Source of the DNA: Antedon mediterranea
Lineage: Eukaryota; Animalia; Echinodermata
Assembly: GCF_964355755.1 (NCBI RefSeq)
Contig: NC_092680.1
Span: forward strand, 7,564,001-7,628,000
DNA length: 64,000 bases
Direction: 5' to 3'
Positions 62,648 to 64,000 of this stretch are shown in pieces (position 1 is the stretch's first letter; the number at the start of each line of letters is the position of its first letter). The position numbers and the translations under genes were made by a program. Below the pieces are notes generated by a model. It did no database searches and was not told the origin of the DNA. It saw nothing but the letters and a program-made list of their open reading frames with translations.

Positions 62648-64000
62648 TTTTTAAATACATGTATGAATACCATTTAAACCAAAAAATTTCTAATTCAAAC
62701 AAATATGTTTCAAGTTGTGTAACTATCATTATACTCAAAATATTCCCTTTTCTTGTATTATTTTATTTAACAAAAATTAAATATAAAGTGTTCAAATATT
62801 TCTGGATTTAATCATTTCCCTTTTTTTATTTGTCCTCTTCTTCTCTGCTTCCAGTTTTTCACTGTCTCTCGTCTATCTGTTGTCTGTCTTTTTGTTGAAA
62901 TTTGTCTCGCCGTAGCATAAGGTGTAACATTCTCACCATTGCTCGTTGGGTTGTTTGTTTCACAAGCCCATACAGTTCCAGGGAAGAGTAATTGTGATTA
63001 TTTAAGCTGTAGCTTTTTATTGGCCAACTCTCATGCGCTGCGTCTACGTCCTTACGTTGCGTTGCGTCTACGTGCTAAAGCGTGGTTCCCGCAATCCACG
63101 CAACGTAAGAAAATGCCCTTCTAATAATTGTGTTTGCTCCCGCCTGCGTGAAATCAAACCTGCGATATTTGCAGCACTATTGCGTCGTCGTCGGTTCCTT
63201 GCACTTGTGATTACGCAATACAGCACTTTGCGTCGATAGGTGGCTGCGTTGCGTCCCTAGTGGGAACCAAGCTTTACTTTGTGTTGCATCTACGTCCCTG
63301 CGTTGCGTCTCTAATTTCCATAGAATGATGGTCGAATGCGTGATGGCGCTATATATGTCAGATCGACTCACTTTATTTTCACGCTGCTGCTCTAGCCCGC
63401 TACGTCACACGAGATGACTCATTAATTAGATGAAATCAAGCAGCAGTTATAGTACTACACTTTGACATTTTTGTTAAAATGGAAACTCCACTATAATTTA
63501 TAGGTAGCAGCTGCATTTCTGGTATTTATGAGTCCAATGATAATACTGTATTTCACTGTCAGATAATCATTGAATTATTATCAAAACAGTCCATGAAAGT
63601 TTTTGTTTGTAATATGATACTTCACACTTGAAGTATCTAAGGCGTGATGAAGTGACCCCCAGACTTGACCTTAGCAATAAAATAAACTAAATTGAGTCTG
63701 TTTCATATCAAAGTTATTCACTTCTGTAACAAAATTCACATTATAGAAAGAGAAAAGAAACGTTTAATTATAACTCAAAAACCACATTGTCTGACAGACA
63801 ATTGAAGTATTTTTTGCTTTTAATTACATTTTTTTCAGGTAAAATAACTATTATGTGACAATAAAATGACACATTCAAAAACAAATTTGAAATAAAAAAT
63901 ATTTTTCAGAGGGACAATATATCTTTAAAACTGTTACGTCAATAAGCGAGCAGCGTTTTTTGTAAGAAATATTTCTTGTTTAGTTTACAAACTATATCGT

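Overview
AT-rich animal genomic DNA with spliceosomal introns, probably a marine invertebrate deuterostome (inferred from gene and SINE types, not proven). It holds two multi-exon genes, both on the minus strand. (1) DmX-like/Rabconnectin-3alpha (DMXL1/2, RAVE Rav1 orthologue): ATG at 47460, 27 frame-consistent exons traced by hand down to 2418 (about 2,913 codons), continuing beyond the window start. (2) A complete Amt-family ammonium transporter: 10 exons, 62447-52070, 528 aa, needing one GC-AG intron. Introns and intergenic DNA carry many non-autonomous transposons (Kolobok-like TTAA, Harbinger-like TWA, Tc1/mariner-like TA, a 6-bp-TSD family, a Helentron/HINE-type element), tRNA-derived SINEs, 3' LINE fragments and two structured tandem arrays. 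The best leads are a cluster of candidate short cassette exons in the DMXL 3' region, the HINE, the 6-bp-TSD transposon, a 22/44-bp array built from a SINE/tRNA A-box, and a 68-bp hairpin-unit array upstream of DMXL. No prokaryotic features or CRISPR array were found. All coordinates were read by eye.
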